From positions 135,410,001 to 135,474,000 of the forward strand of contig NW_024704742.1 in the NCBI RefSeq assembly GCF_018977255.1: a stretch of DNA of 64,000 nt. The letters are read 5' to 3'. The notes under the pieces were generated by a model. It had not been told where the DNA came from, did not search any database, and was given only the letters and a program-made list of their open reading frames with translations. The position numbers and the translations under genes are program-made. Every line of letters begins with the position of its first letter. Position 1 is the first letter of the stretch. The DNA is from Callorhinchus milii (lineage: Eukaryota). This document shows, in pieces, positions 50,617-62,247 of this stretch.

Positions 50617-51052
50617 AGCGCTCTCGCCTCTGAGTCAGAAGGTTGTGGGTTCAAAGCCCACGTCACGTGCTTTAAACTAACGCTCCAATGCATCGCTGGG
50701 GGTGGTGTTGCATTGTCAGAGGTGACGTCCTTTGGATGAGATGTTAACCTGAGGTCCCATCTGCCTGTTCCAGTGGATATTAAAGATCCTATGGCAAGAT
50801 TCGAAAAGAGAACAGAGTTTCTCTCTCTCCCGGTGTCCTGGCCAACAATCCCCCAACATAAAATTGGTCACTCACTCCTCGCTCCATGGGTGTTTGTGGG
50901 AGGGGCATTGCTAGATGTAACTTCCTGCTGTGTTTCGCCCACAAAATATGCAGTCAGTCGACTTTCTAGTATATCCTGTGAAGCACTTTGAGACGTCTCG
51001 ACGATGTGATAAGGCGCGATATCAATTGCAAGGATTACTACTATTATTATTA
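50617..51052 (+). mobile_element. SINE family B (Deu), near full length
   Basis: gtcagcctgacgcagtggtagcgctctcgcctctgagtcagaaggttgtgggttcaa head, Deu core, tail. Confidence 0.88.
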
Positions 51053-51334
51053 CAGTGTAGCTTTGGAGAGGATTTGCATTTGCATCTGACCCAGCACCTG
51101 TTCATACCGGGAGAACGCCTCAGAGCATTGAGGATTTGAACTGTGAAGTGTAGAGTCTTGAGTATTTAAGGGCCAGCATGGCTGCCAATTTGCGCACAGC
51201 AATGACCCACAAACAGCCATGAAGAGGCACAGTTCAAAGTCTCATCTGAATGAAGGCATCTCCGATACTGCATTGGAGCATCAGTGAGTTCTAAGCCTCT
51301 GAAACGGGGCTTGAGAGCCCAGAACCTTACTAGA

Positions 51335-51697
51335 ATAATATTAATCCTTGCATTTGTTATAACATCTCCTCACGCCGTTGAAACGTCTCAAAGCGCTGCA
51401 TAGAATATACTGTAAGTTGAATTGACTATATGTTGTGGCCGAAATGCAGCAGCCAAGTGTAGAAAGCAGTGTCCCACAAACAGTCGTGGACTGAGTGAAC
51501 AAATTGATTTGAGTGAACAATTGATTTGTTTTTGAAGGGACTACCGCCCCCGGAAAAACAACTGGCTTCCTAACGTACTGTTAGGTAAACAGAGGCGTGT
51601 GGAGTAAGGAAAGTTGCGTAAGGTTTCGCCCTGCCTGGGAATTGAACCCAGGTCCCCTCGCTTGAGAGGCGAGCGCTCTCACCAATACGCTACAGGA
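51335..51697 (-). mobile_element. SINE family A
   Basis: Reverse tail, centre taggtaaacagaggcgtgtggagtaagg, head ...cgctacaggac. Confidence 0.85.
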
Positions 51698-52337
51698 CAT
51701 GCCAACCTTCTAACCGAGACACGAGACGTCCCCAGGTTGTGTCTGTCTGTCCAACTCTCCAGAGCTTTAAAGCCTGGGAATGAGAGGGTTGACTGATTGA
51801 GAGGCAGCAGGAAATCTGTTTGTGTTGAGTGACCTTTGGGGATTATATGCCAATTTAGATGAGTATGGTTCCCTTGATTCGGTTTACAGTATAATTGTTT
51901 TTTTTAAGATTCTTGTGCTGGGGATGGCAGTGTGTCATCTGTGTGTAGTTTGTTTGTTAGTGAGTTGGTCTCTGTTGATGTTGCTTTGTTTTTGCCACTG
52001 GTTTGGGAGGCTAGTATTTCATTATCCCGTATACCTGCCGTTTTATTGTGTGTGTTATATCCCGCCCGGCCTATGTTATTGCCTGTGTGTTCATGTGAGA
52101 GATTACACGAGTAATCTTGTATGTACAAAAAAATGAATTGCGTGGATTACAAGGGAGCTGGCAGTGGGAGGGGGGAGGATGGGGGTGGGGAAGCGAGGGG
52201 GAGGAAGGGGGGGTGGAGATCACTCGTGTCTCTTCCAGAACTCGATCTTTTTATTTTTCATTGAAAAAAATATCTGCTTGAAAAAAAAGGTTTGATTTTT
52301 TTTCTGTCTTCCCTTCTTACTCTCCTTCTTCAAAGAC

Positions 52338-52440
52338 ACCCTCACTCCCCCTCCCCCTCACTCCCCCTCCCCTTCGCTGCCCCTCACTCCCCCTCCCCCT
52401 CGCTCTCCATCCCCTCACTCCCCCTCCCCCTCACTCCCCA
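52338..52440. repeat. C-rich tandem repeat (ccctcactccccctcc units)
   Basis: Four to five degenerate copies. Confidence 0.8.
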
Positions 52441-53854
52441 GTGTCCCGGCCAACAATACATCCTCCCACCACCAACACCACCACCAGATAAAATTGGTGG
52501 TTCACTTCACGGCTGTTTGTGGGGCTGTTGTATTTGCCTACAAGGCACTTTACTTTAAATATGGTGAAGCACTTGAGACGTGAAAGGCATTGTATGAAAT
52601 GTGACAATTATTATTAGTAAAATAGTAATCATCAGTGTTGGAGTTTGCCCACAAAATACAGTCAATCTACTTTACAGCCTATCCTGTGAAGAGCTTTGAG
52701 ACGTCCCAACGACAAGATAAGTCGCTATATCCCCCTTGCGGTATCTTGACCCCCACCCCCCCCCCGCCACTTCCCCTCTCTTGTCACCCTCTCCGCACCC
52801 TCCCCTCCATCGCTGGCGGTTCATGTAGCCTCAACCTATCTCCATCACGTGACCGACCCTTCATCACACTCAAAGCCTCACTAGATATTCGGCTCCAATA
52901 AGATCCCCGATCTAAACACCTGTTGTGTTTGCTACATCCCATTGTGGATTAGCTGTCAGTGACAAGTCTCGCCAACAACACGGCTTCACAATGTCATTTC
53001 AATTGCTAAGGTAACACCAATTTTCCAAGGAGCAGGGAGACGAGCTCAAATTAACTTATACAGCACCCGATTAGGATTCTAAATTTGCCTCTGCATTTTC
53101 TTCGAAAAGATTGGAAATCTGTTCCTGCTTCCAGATTAATACCGCAGCTTAGTACTTGAATTAGTATTTTTGGTGGTAATTGCTTTTTTATACACATTAT
53201 ATATATGTGTGTGTGTAATGTGCGTGTGTGTAGATATATATAACTGCAAAGAGAAAATAATTATTGTTACAGTATTCGTAATTTAATTTTTGACTCCACT
53301 TGATCTCCCCACACATACTCGCTCTCCCTCCCCGCCACCCCCTCTCCCACCCCTTCCAACCCCATCCCCCACCCTGAAATGACGAGTTCGCAAGCGTTTT
53401 CTTCAAATTCAATTGATTTCGTAGCAAATAAGACAATCAAGATTTTAGAAGGGAATTTCTCTCTTCTGGTCTCCTGGCCAACAATCCTCCAAATAAAATT
53501 GGTCACGAAATTCATGGCTCTTTGTGGGACATTGCTGTGCACAAATTGGCTGCTGTGTTCACCCACAAAACACACACAGTCAGACTACTTCACAGTATAT
53601 CCTGTGAAGTGCATCGTGATGTCTCAACGACGTGATAAGATGCTACATCACTTTTTAGGGGTAATAATCCCTCAAAAAAAAATTGTGGTCATTCAATCCA
53701 CGACTATTTGTGGGACACTGCTGTGCGCAATTGGCTGGTGTATTTTGTCCACGAACATACGGTCAATTCACTTTACAGAATATTCAGTGAAGCATTTTGA
53801 GACGTCTCGAAGACATGATAAGGCTATCGCAAGGATATCAAGTACAAGGATTAT

Positions 53855-54580
53855 TTGTATCGAATCCGCTTCCACCACCCTTTCAGGCAATGCCTTCTAG
53901 ATCCCAACACCTCGCTGTGTAAAAAAATTCTCTTCAACTCCCCTCCGTTTCTTTTAACAACTATTTTAAATCGGTGGCCTCGGTTTAACCGACCCACCCA
54001 CCAGTGGGAATAGTTTCTCCTTGTTCACCCTATCAAATCCCCTCATAATTTTGAAAACTTCTATTAAGTCTCCTCTTAACCTTCTCTGCTCAAAGGAGAA
54101 TAATCATAGCGTCTCTAACCTCTCCTGATAACTGAAGTCCCTCATTCCTGGTACCATCCAAGTCAATCTCCTTTGCATCCTCTCCAAAGACTTGACATCC
54201 TTCCTAAAGTGTGGGGCCCAGAACTGAACCCAGTCTCCAGCTGAGAACTAACTAGTATTTTATAAAGGTTCATCATAACTTCCTGACTTTTGTATTCTAT
54301 AAAGCCTAGTATCCCATATGTTTTTTAACAGCTTTACCTACCTGTACTGCATCTTCAAAGATTTACTTATATGAACCCCCAGGTCGCCCTGTTCCTTCAC
54401 CCCCTTTAAGATTCTACCATCAGCTTATATTGCCTCTCCTTATTCTTCCTCTCAAATATCATTTGTTGAGTTTCCTCTTAAATGCACTGACGTTTGCTGC
54501 TTCGACCGTGGATTCCAGCAGCGAGTGCCATGTTCTCGTCACCCTCTGTGTGAAGAGGTTCCTCCTGAACTCTCCCCTTT
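53855..54580 (-). mobile_element. CR1 LINE ORF2 3' fragments
   Basis: Minus strand reads LYKILV..QLE..VQFWAPHFRKDVK.LER...MVPGMRDFSY..RL....LFSFEQRRLRGDLIEVFKIMRGFDRV, a hallmark CR1 C-terminus. Confidence 0.9.
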
Positions 54581-54942
54581 CTGACCTGCTAGTGATTGCC
54601 TCTGCGATTTAGGGGCTAGGAGTACAGACCGCACTGTATTACCATTGTGATGGTTTAATGTGTGTGGCCCAGATTAGTTCCGTCTCTGTGATTGACAGGA
54701 CCCCGGAGAACACAGCCCACACAATGCTGACATGGATCTGCGCTTTGCCCAAACTCAGAATGAAATGGGAGGGAGTGTGGGGTTGTGCGAGCATGTGTGG
54801 GAGGGGAGGGGTCGGGGGGGCAGAACAACAGGGTTTTAGTAGTGTTTGCTTCCTGGCTGTACTCCATAGATATGCTCTGAGGGCTGGATAAATGCTGACT
54901 GATGTTCACTAATGCAGCTTGGGAGCTTCTGGTATTAATAAC

Positions 54943-55432
54943 TGGAGTCCCGTAGCATAGTGGTTAGTGCGCTTGCCTTGCAAGCAAGAGGACCGGGGTT
55001 TGATTCCCAAGCAGGGTGAAACCTTAGGCAAGTTTCCTTATGCCATAAGCTCCAGGTTACCTAACAGTAAGTAGGAACCCGGTTGTTATTCGATTGGGAG
55101 ATCGGTTTTCGGGGGGTAAAATCCCTCCATAATTAATAAATAAATAAAAAAATAAAAAAGTACATACATACATACACACAAATACGTAAATAAATAAATA
55201 AATCGGTCAATCAACCAACCTATCAATCAATCAAATAAAATAAATAAATAAATAAGCTGAATAAATCCCTGACTGTTTGTGGGACACTGCTATGCACAAT
55301 TGGCTGCCTTGTTTCACCCACAAAATAGACCGTCAATCCACTTTACAATATATACAATATATGAAGAGCTTTGAGACATCTCAACGACGTGATAAGGCGC
55401 TATATCAAATGCGAGGATTATTATTATTATCA
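54943..55432 (+). mobile_element. SINE family A with expanded internal A-rich linker
   Basis: ggagtcccgtagcatagtggttag head; (aaat)n/(caat)n/(taca)n expansion at 55130-55265; shared tail. Confidence 0.85.
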
Positions 55433-56021
55433 TTAGAAACGAGGGAGGAGGGAGGCAAGGGGAGGGGAGTGGAGGGGCAGTGTAACAGAATTGCTGCGTG
55501 ATACGTTTCCCAGCACTTTCCAGACAGAGAAAGGAGTTTCTCCCGGTGTCCTGTCTGACAACCCAGCAGGTGACCTGGCCATTCGCTCCAAGGCCTTGTG
55601 AGCAGTCTCAGAGCCAACGGAGCATGTCAGGTTCACATGGGAAACAGTGGCGGGGTTAACCCCCCGAAGCTTGGTTTGCATAGGGACAGCCCTGATCATT
55701 CGGACGCTCCCCCTTCTCGGTTCCTGATCAGCTGGGCGAGGGTGAGCTGTATTTACACAGATGAAAGTTAACATTTGCCTAGCTTATGCAAAGTGCCTGT
55801 TCTTTTAGAGCCGCGGTTAAGGGCAGTGCAAATAATAAACGTGTCTCTTTTTCTCTCTTTCCCCTCCGTCTCCCTCTCCTATTCCCCCCCCGTGTGAACG
55901 TTGCAGTCAAACAAAAGGCAATGAAAATGTAGTTGGGAATTGGCAAATCTGCCAAATGCATTGTTGGATGACACCAACCCTGTTTATAAATGCAAGGTGT
56001 TTTTCTTCTTGTTGCTTGCAT

Positions 56022-56288
56022 AGTCCTAGCTGGACAAGCAGCGGGAAAGCTTGGCAGACATTGCTATCAATGACAAGCTACTCGATTTTATCTGGTTAAA
56101 CTCCAGGAGTTGCCCCAACGCACACTTTAGGGTCTCCCCAAGCCTTGGCTCTTGCCAACCTGCGCCTCATACTTCCCTGAATTTAGGTAAGCAGAATACG
56201 TTCCTCCAGGGAGAGAGAGAGCGCATTCCATTCCAACAATCTATCTCTGGGATTTCCATGTGTAGGTGGGAGGCGTGGAAATCTCAGT
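56022..56288 (+). mobile_element. Family C repeat copy
   Basis: gtcctagctggacaagcag...agccttggctcttgccaacctgcgcct...ctatctctgggatttccatgtgtaggtggg shared with 22970-23240. Confidence 0.8.
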
Positions 56289-58459
56289 AAAGTGCGGAGA
56301 ATTTTGTGTTTTGTAGGCCAACGCAGCAGCCAATTTACGCATTGCAATGCCTGGCAAACATCTATGAAGTGAACAACTAATTTTATCTGAGGGGGATTAT
56401 TGGCTCAGGACACAAGGAAAAATCTGCTTCTCTTTTCTAGGAGAGCCACGGGTTCCAATGGGAACACCCATTTGAACAGATAGACTCGAACTCAGTGTCT
56501 CATCTGAAGGAGGGCCCTTCCAACCACGTGAACTTTTGACCGTAACTTTTCTTGTGCTCCTAAATACAAGTGGCTGCCATTGGTGTCAATGCCACTTTGT
56601 TGGACACTATCGGTGGCTGAGCCTGAAGTTCCTACGGCCTTAACTTCTCGAACTCCCGCCCCTTACCGCTGTGTCTCGTCCTCTCTCTTCCTGCCCTCTT
56701 ACTCACAACTCAAATCCTACCTCTTTGAACACGTCTATGGCCCTGTCCCCTCCCCCTCGTTCGGTGTCCAACCCTGTCATTGTGAAGCGCTCCAGAGATA
56801 ACAAGTAATAATAATAATCTTTGCATTTGATATAGCACCTTATCACGTCTTCTAGACATCCCAAAATGCTTCACAGAACACACTGTAAAGGTAATTGACT
56901 GTATATTTTGTGGGCAAAACGCGGCAGCCAATTGCGCACAGCAGTGTCCCACAAACAGTCGTAGATTGAGTGACCAAATTATTATCTGCATTGTCAGAGT
57001 GCCATCACTCAGATAAGATGTTTTATCTGAACCCACCTGCCTAATCAGGTGGCCGAATGTTTGTGGGACACTGCTGTGCGCAATCGGCTGCCGTGTTTCG
57101 CCCACAAATATACAGTCATTTTACATATATTCTGTGAAGCGCTTTGAGACGGCTCAACGATGTGATAAGCCGCTATAACAAATGCAAGCTATAATTATTA
57201 TTACAATGCCAGGGAGAGCATTGATGAGTGCCGTCGTACAGACAGAAAGCCGTTTTATGAATTTCCAAGCGATCACTGTTGGAAAACAAGAGCTGGGATC
57301 TCAGTCTTCATCAGAGGCAGAGGAAGAGGATTTTTTTTTGCAAATTGCGTCTTTGTAACTGTGCTAATCTGTATTGCAGCTTAATGTCAACCTTGTTAAA
57401 TATAATTACGATGGAACAAATAACCATGACTATCATCTTAATCTAATTAGGCTACGTTGACATAGACCAGGGCTTGCTGTTTACGTAATGTGATTCACCT
57501 TTTTATTATAATCATGATAATAATAATCCCTGCATGCATTTGATATAGCTCCTTATCACGTGACCTACAAAATACGCTGTCACTACACTTCACAGTAACA
57601 TCCTGTGAAGATCTTCGAGATGCCTCGACCACCTGCTAAACCGATGCTAACAAATGGAAGTATTATTATTGTTATATATTATTATTGTTACGTATCAAAA
57701 TTCAGACGCACGCATGCACAGGATTTCACATTTCCCTTACAACCTTTGCAGTCAAATCTAGATCAATATGTCTTCGAGACATTTCAAGAGCGCTTCACAA
57801 GATTTTACTGTGAAGTGTAGGGACTATGCATTTCCGACTCAATCCACGACTGTTTGTGGGACACTGCTGTGTGGAATTGCCTGCTCCGTTTCGCCCGTCA
57901 AATATACAGCCACGTCCCAGTATATTCTGCAAAGCGCTTTGAGCTGTTTCGGCGATATAATAATAATAACAATTCCTGCGTTTGATATAGCGTCTTAGCA
58001 CATCTTGAGACGTAGGATATACTGTAAAGTGAATCGACTGTGTATTTTGTAGCCGAAACGTATCATCTTATAAGGAGCAATATCAAAAAACAAGGATTAT
58101 TATTATTTATATTATTAATTTGGGCACAGCAGCCAACTTTCACAGCAATGCCCCACAACGGGGCCGTGAAGTGAATAATTTATTCTATCTGGGCGATTGT
58201 CAGCCAGGACAATGGAGGAAACTCTCTTCTCTTTTCAAATAACTCCTAGCGATATCTTTGACCTCATCCCAACCTGCTACTGTGACGCTGCTCAACAAGA
58301 GAAGGGAGTTTCTCCTCGTGCCCTGGCCAGCCATCATTAAGATTAAACACTCAGTTATTGATCTCATGGCTGTTTGTGGTGCATTGATGTGTGCAAATTG
58401 GCTGTTGACAGTAGAGAGGTGAGAGGAAGAGGAGACGGAGGGGAGAGTAATCAGGAAGC

Positions 58460-58642
58460 ATGCAATATAGTGGAAATCTGGAATTCTCTCCCTCAAAAGC
58501 CTGTGGATGCTGGATCAATTCCGATTTTCAAGACTGAGGCGGATTTTTGTTTGGTCAGGGTATCAAGAGTTTATGGGGCAAGCCACGATCTAGTCGAATG
58601 GCGGAACAGGCTTGAATAGCCAAGTCCTGTTCCTATATTCCT
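58460..58642 (+). mobile_element. CR1 LINE 3' end
   Basis: tggaattctctccctcaaaagcctgtggatgctgg...gaatggcggaacaggcttga...cctgttcctatattcct. Confidence 0.85.
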
Positions 58643-59624
58643 AGAGGGACAGAGAGAGAGAGAGAGAGAGGGGGGGGGGGGTGGTGGGTGCTTGATCCCA
58701 CAACCTTTTGATGCAGATGAGTGAGAGCGAGCAAGAGAATGCTACCGGCTGATCCAGGCTGACAAAAAAAACTTTTTAACAGCGCCATTCATGAGGCAGC
58801 GAAGGCAGAAGCTCGGGCAAAAGTGGTTTTGAAGCTTTAGAAGAAAGCCTGAGAGATAATGCGGAGGTGATTTTTTTGTGACAATACTAGAATTCTGCTG
58901 CTGTCGTTGAAGGCCATTGAAGCTGCCCTTTTTATTGGCAGTCAGAAGTAATGCTTTTTAACTTTCAGGATTTATTCCAGGGCGGGAGGGGGAGGTGGGT
59001 GATGTGGGGTGAGGGTGGGGAGGGCGAGGTTGAGCAGTGGTTGGTTGGCTAACTGGGACCTTACAAAAAATACCTTGAGTATTTTTTTGGGCTGCTGATT
59101 GAAAATTTACTGAGCAAAGAGGCGCTGTGTGTTGGCCTCTGTAAGGCTACATCTGCTACCAATACAAATACAAATCCGAATAATACGAGGAAATATTGTT
59201 AGTTGCAGAATCTGCTCCGATAGCTTAAGCCTCTATGCTGTGAAACTGTGGAATTCTATAGGCAATAGATTTTTTTCTTTTTGTAAAGAAATCACAGCCG
59301 AGAATCTCGTCTTCAGAATCCTGCCAATTTCAGCCTCTCTTACATTTCGTTTTTTTTCTATTTTTTCTATATATATATATTTTTGAAAACAGCAGAAACC
59401 CACCAACTTTGCAGAATGATCCAGAAAATATACAGTCGATTCACTCTGCAGGATATCCTGCAAAGCGCTTTGAGATGTCTCGGAGACGTGATAAGGCACT
59501 ATATCGAATGCAAGGATTATTATTATTATTAACATACGTGAAGTGAATGGAAAGACCTTTTGTATCATTAGGAGAGGAGTGGGAAAGGGAGGGGATAATA
59601 GTTGGCCTGGATACCGGGAGAAAG

Positions 59625-60045
59625 TGTCAGCCTGGCTCATTTGGAAGCACTCTCGCCTCTGAGACAGAAAGTTGTGGGTTCAAGCCCCTCACGTTGGAAC
59701 TTACGGTCCAAGCCGACACTTCAATGCAACGCTGGTAAGAGCTGGAGTGTCATCTTAGACTGTCAACTTTGGATGAGGTCCCGTCTGTGCCTGTTCAGAT
59801 GGATGTTAAAGATCCCATGGGACTGTTTGAAAAGAGAAGGGAGTTTCTCTCTCCAGGTGTCCTGATCCAACAATTCCCCAAATAATATCAGTCATTCACT
59901 TCATGGCTGTTTGTCGGGACTTCGCGGGGCGCAAATTGGCTGCCACGTTCGCCCACAAAAAGCTGTCACTCTACTTTACAATGAGAAGCACTGTGAGCCA
60001 TCCTCCTGACGTGAAAGGCGCTGCTATCAAATGTTAGGATTGTGG
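59625..60045 (+). mobile_element. SINE family B (Deu)
   Basis: Head, gatgttaaagatcccatgg core, tail. Confidence 0.85.
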
Positions 60046-60089
60046 TTCAGTGCTCCGAGACGCTACCCCATGTGAACGGTAGAAACAGG

Positions 60090-60410
60090 CCCAACCTCTC
60101 CACCATCTCCTGATAACTGTAGGCCTCCATACCCGGAATCATTCTCGTAAACCTCCTCTGTACTCCCAAAGCCTCAACATCTTTCCTTAAGTGAGATTCC
60201 CAGAAACTGGACGCAATTGTCCAGTTGTGGCCTAACCAATGATTAATATATTTTTAGCATCATTGTTTTACTTTTGTACTCCGTGCCCCTATGCATAAAC
60301 CCCAACCCTCTTTACAGCCTTTGTCACTTGCGATGCTGCTTTCAGTGACCTAAGTGCCTGCACTCCCCCAAATCCCTTTGCTCCTCAACTCCTTGCAAGA
60401 CACTGCCGTT
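60090..60410 (-). mobile_element. CR1 LINE ORF2 fragment
   Basis: Reverse of LVRPQLDNCVQF..SHLRKDV...VQRRFTRMIPGM-type segment. Confidence 0.82.
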
Positions 60411-60419
60411 CAGTGTATA

Positions 60420-60660
60420 ACTTGCATTTATATAGTGTCCTTCACGCAGGCAGCGTCTCACAATGCTTAACAGTGGCGGAGCACGGACGAAGAGGAAGGT
60501 CTTCAGTCATGATCTAAATGGGGAAGGAGGGGACAAGGCAGAGGGATTGAAGGAGAGTTTCAAAGATTCAGCGGCATAGAGGCTGAAAGCACGGCCACCG
60601 ATGGTGGAGTGGAGGGGACGAGGTATAAACAAGAGGCCAGAGCCAGCTAATTGGAGTGAG
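60420..60660 (-). mobile_element. L2 LINE 3' fragment
   Basis: GSGLLFIPRPLHSTIGGRAFSLYA on the minus strand, then tail. Confidence 0.78.
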
Positions 60661-61190
60661 GAGAAAGCATATGCTCCTTTGGACTTTATATAAATTGCAA
60701 GTTTCTGCAAAGGGGGCAGGTGAACACAGTATGACCAGGTTCCTGTGATTTGTAGTAAAGTCAAATGGATGGAAGTTTGAGTTCCACAACGCAGTTGAAC
60801 AGGAATAGTAAAAGCAGCAAAACAACCCTTTTCTTTGATGTATAAACATCGGATTGCATGTTTTTTATATTGCTGATTTTACAACATTCCAGCACCAGAA
60901 CAAATGTTCACAATTCCCTACCCTCTAGTTAAGAGAAGCCAGACTAGCTGTTCTGTTCCTCATTGGTAGTTGTACTTGTTTGATAAACTCTGTGTTAGTT
61001 CCTGACCCTGTCTGCCTTGTTTTATTGGAGCAATGTGTGAGTTTATGTTGGTGTAAGTGTGCATGTGTGGGGTGTGTGTGTCTTGTTATGTATGTTTCTT
61101 TTGTCTGTCTTTCATCCTCAACTTGTATTCAGGGTTTGACAGTGCTGCCTCTCTTTACATAGAGATACAGCATCAATTTGCATTCATAGT

Positions 61191-61555
61191 GGAGTCCTGT
61201 AGCTTAAGGGTTAGAGCACTCACCTTGCAAGCGAGAGACCTGGGTTTGATTCCCGGCAGGGCAAAATGTTGGGCAAGTTCCCTTGCTCCACATGCCTCTG
61301 TTTGCCCAGCAGTATGTAGGAACCTGGCGGTTACTCGATTGGCCGATCACTTTTCAGTGGTAATAATCACTTAAAAAAAAGTAATAATTTGATCACTCAT
61401 TCCACGACTGTTTGTGGGACGCTGCTGTGTGCAATTGGCTGCCGCATTTTGCCTACAAAATATACAGTCAATTCACTTTACGGTATATTCTGTGAAGTGC
61501 TTTGAGACATGATAAGGCGCTGTATCAAATGCAAGAATTATTATTCTTATCGTTA
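61191..61555 (+). mobile_element. SINE family A
   Basis: ggagtcctgtagcttaagggttagagc head through tail, ~630 bp upstream of exon 4. Confidence 0.88.
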
Positions 61556-61914
61556 TATACCCTTCCCATAGGGTAATGTCAGGAACAGGGTGAGGATGTA
61601 GACAGTCAAGGTTTTAATAAGTTACAGATTGTAGATGGTGGACTTGGGGAGATTAGCGAGGGAGGCGTTGGAAAAGTCTGGAGGAGTGTCTACAGGGCTG
61701 AACTGCCTCCTCGGTGACCTGCTGGCAACGAATATTAGAATCGAAGCGACCCTCTGCGGCAGTCTCGGAAGTTTTGTTCCTGCGGGTCAGCAGTACTCCA
61801 GGGCACTGCTAATGACAGACCTCATTCATCAGCAGTACTTGGAGGGGCAGAACATTCAGAACGGGATTATTCCCACTCGGCTCCTGTTGTATCTGCAAAC
61901 CAAGGCCTTTGTGG

Positions 61915-62158
61915 GTTGGGTGGTCCTAATTGGACAACCAGTGCTTTCAATGGCTCTTGGCTTTCAATTGCTCTTTCAAGGACTCTTGCCAAACTGCAGC
62001 TAATATTCTCTGGATTACATAAACAGGGTGTGTCCCTTTAGGGGAGATTTCCACTTCTGGGTGGCATACATATGTGGAATTTTTAGTCTGGTTTGGATAC
62101 TCTTAAGCAAGTGGTGGGTGTTCTGCGTGTGTCAGACACCCGGCTGACCAAAAAAAAG
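61915..62158 (+). mobile_element. Family C repeat, divergent copy ending in an A8 tail just before exon 4
   Basis: gggtggtcctaattggacaaccagtgc; tggtttggatactcttaagcaa...gtgtcagacacccggctgaccaaaaaaaa. Confidence 0.7.
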
Positions 62159-62185
62159 CTGACCGACCATTGTTTTTTTTTGTAG

Positions 62186-62247
62186 GTCTGGATGACCGAA
62201 CAAGTTCCGGGTCCTGGGGACCTGGAGGAGATCCCAGTACGACCAGG
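62186..62247 (+). CDS. TCF4: E-protein TCF4 (E2-2) internal coding exon, equivalent to human exon 4; phase 1 to phase 0; (G)[20 protein letters not shown]
   Basis: Acceptor ttgtttttttttgtag ends at 62185 and donor gtaagt starts at 62248. The 62-bp exon translates to a peptide matching recalled human TCF4 [21 protein letters not shown] at the same length. It lacks the extra residues of TCF3 (SSSSFDPSR) and TCF12 (SPSYDSSR). Confidence 0.88.

Larger units (their letters stand above)
1..62185 (+). other. TCF4: Large TCF4 intron upstream of exon 4; upstream canonical exons lie outside the window
   Basis: No sequence encoding the upstream TCF4 exons (GTDKELSDLLDFSA; MFSPPV..GKNGPTSL) was seen. 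The region is repeats plus unique noncoding islands. The corresponding vertebrate TCF4 intron is known to be very long. Confidence 0.7.

Noticed and set aside
55938..55954. ttggc-aaatct-gccaa as an NFI site
   Set aside because: The spacer is 6 nt, whereas the canonical NFI palindrome has 5.
61635..62003. 122-aa ORF upstream of exon 4
   Set aside because: Starts in an antisense L2 fragment and ends in family C repeat; no E-protein similarity.
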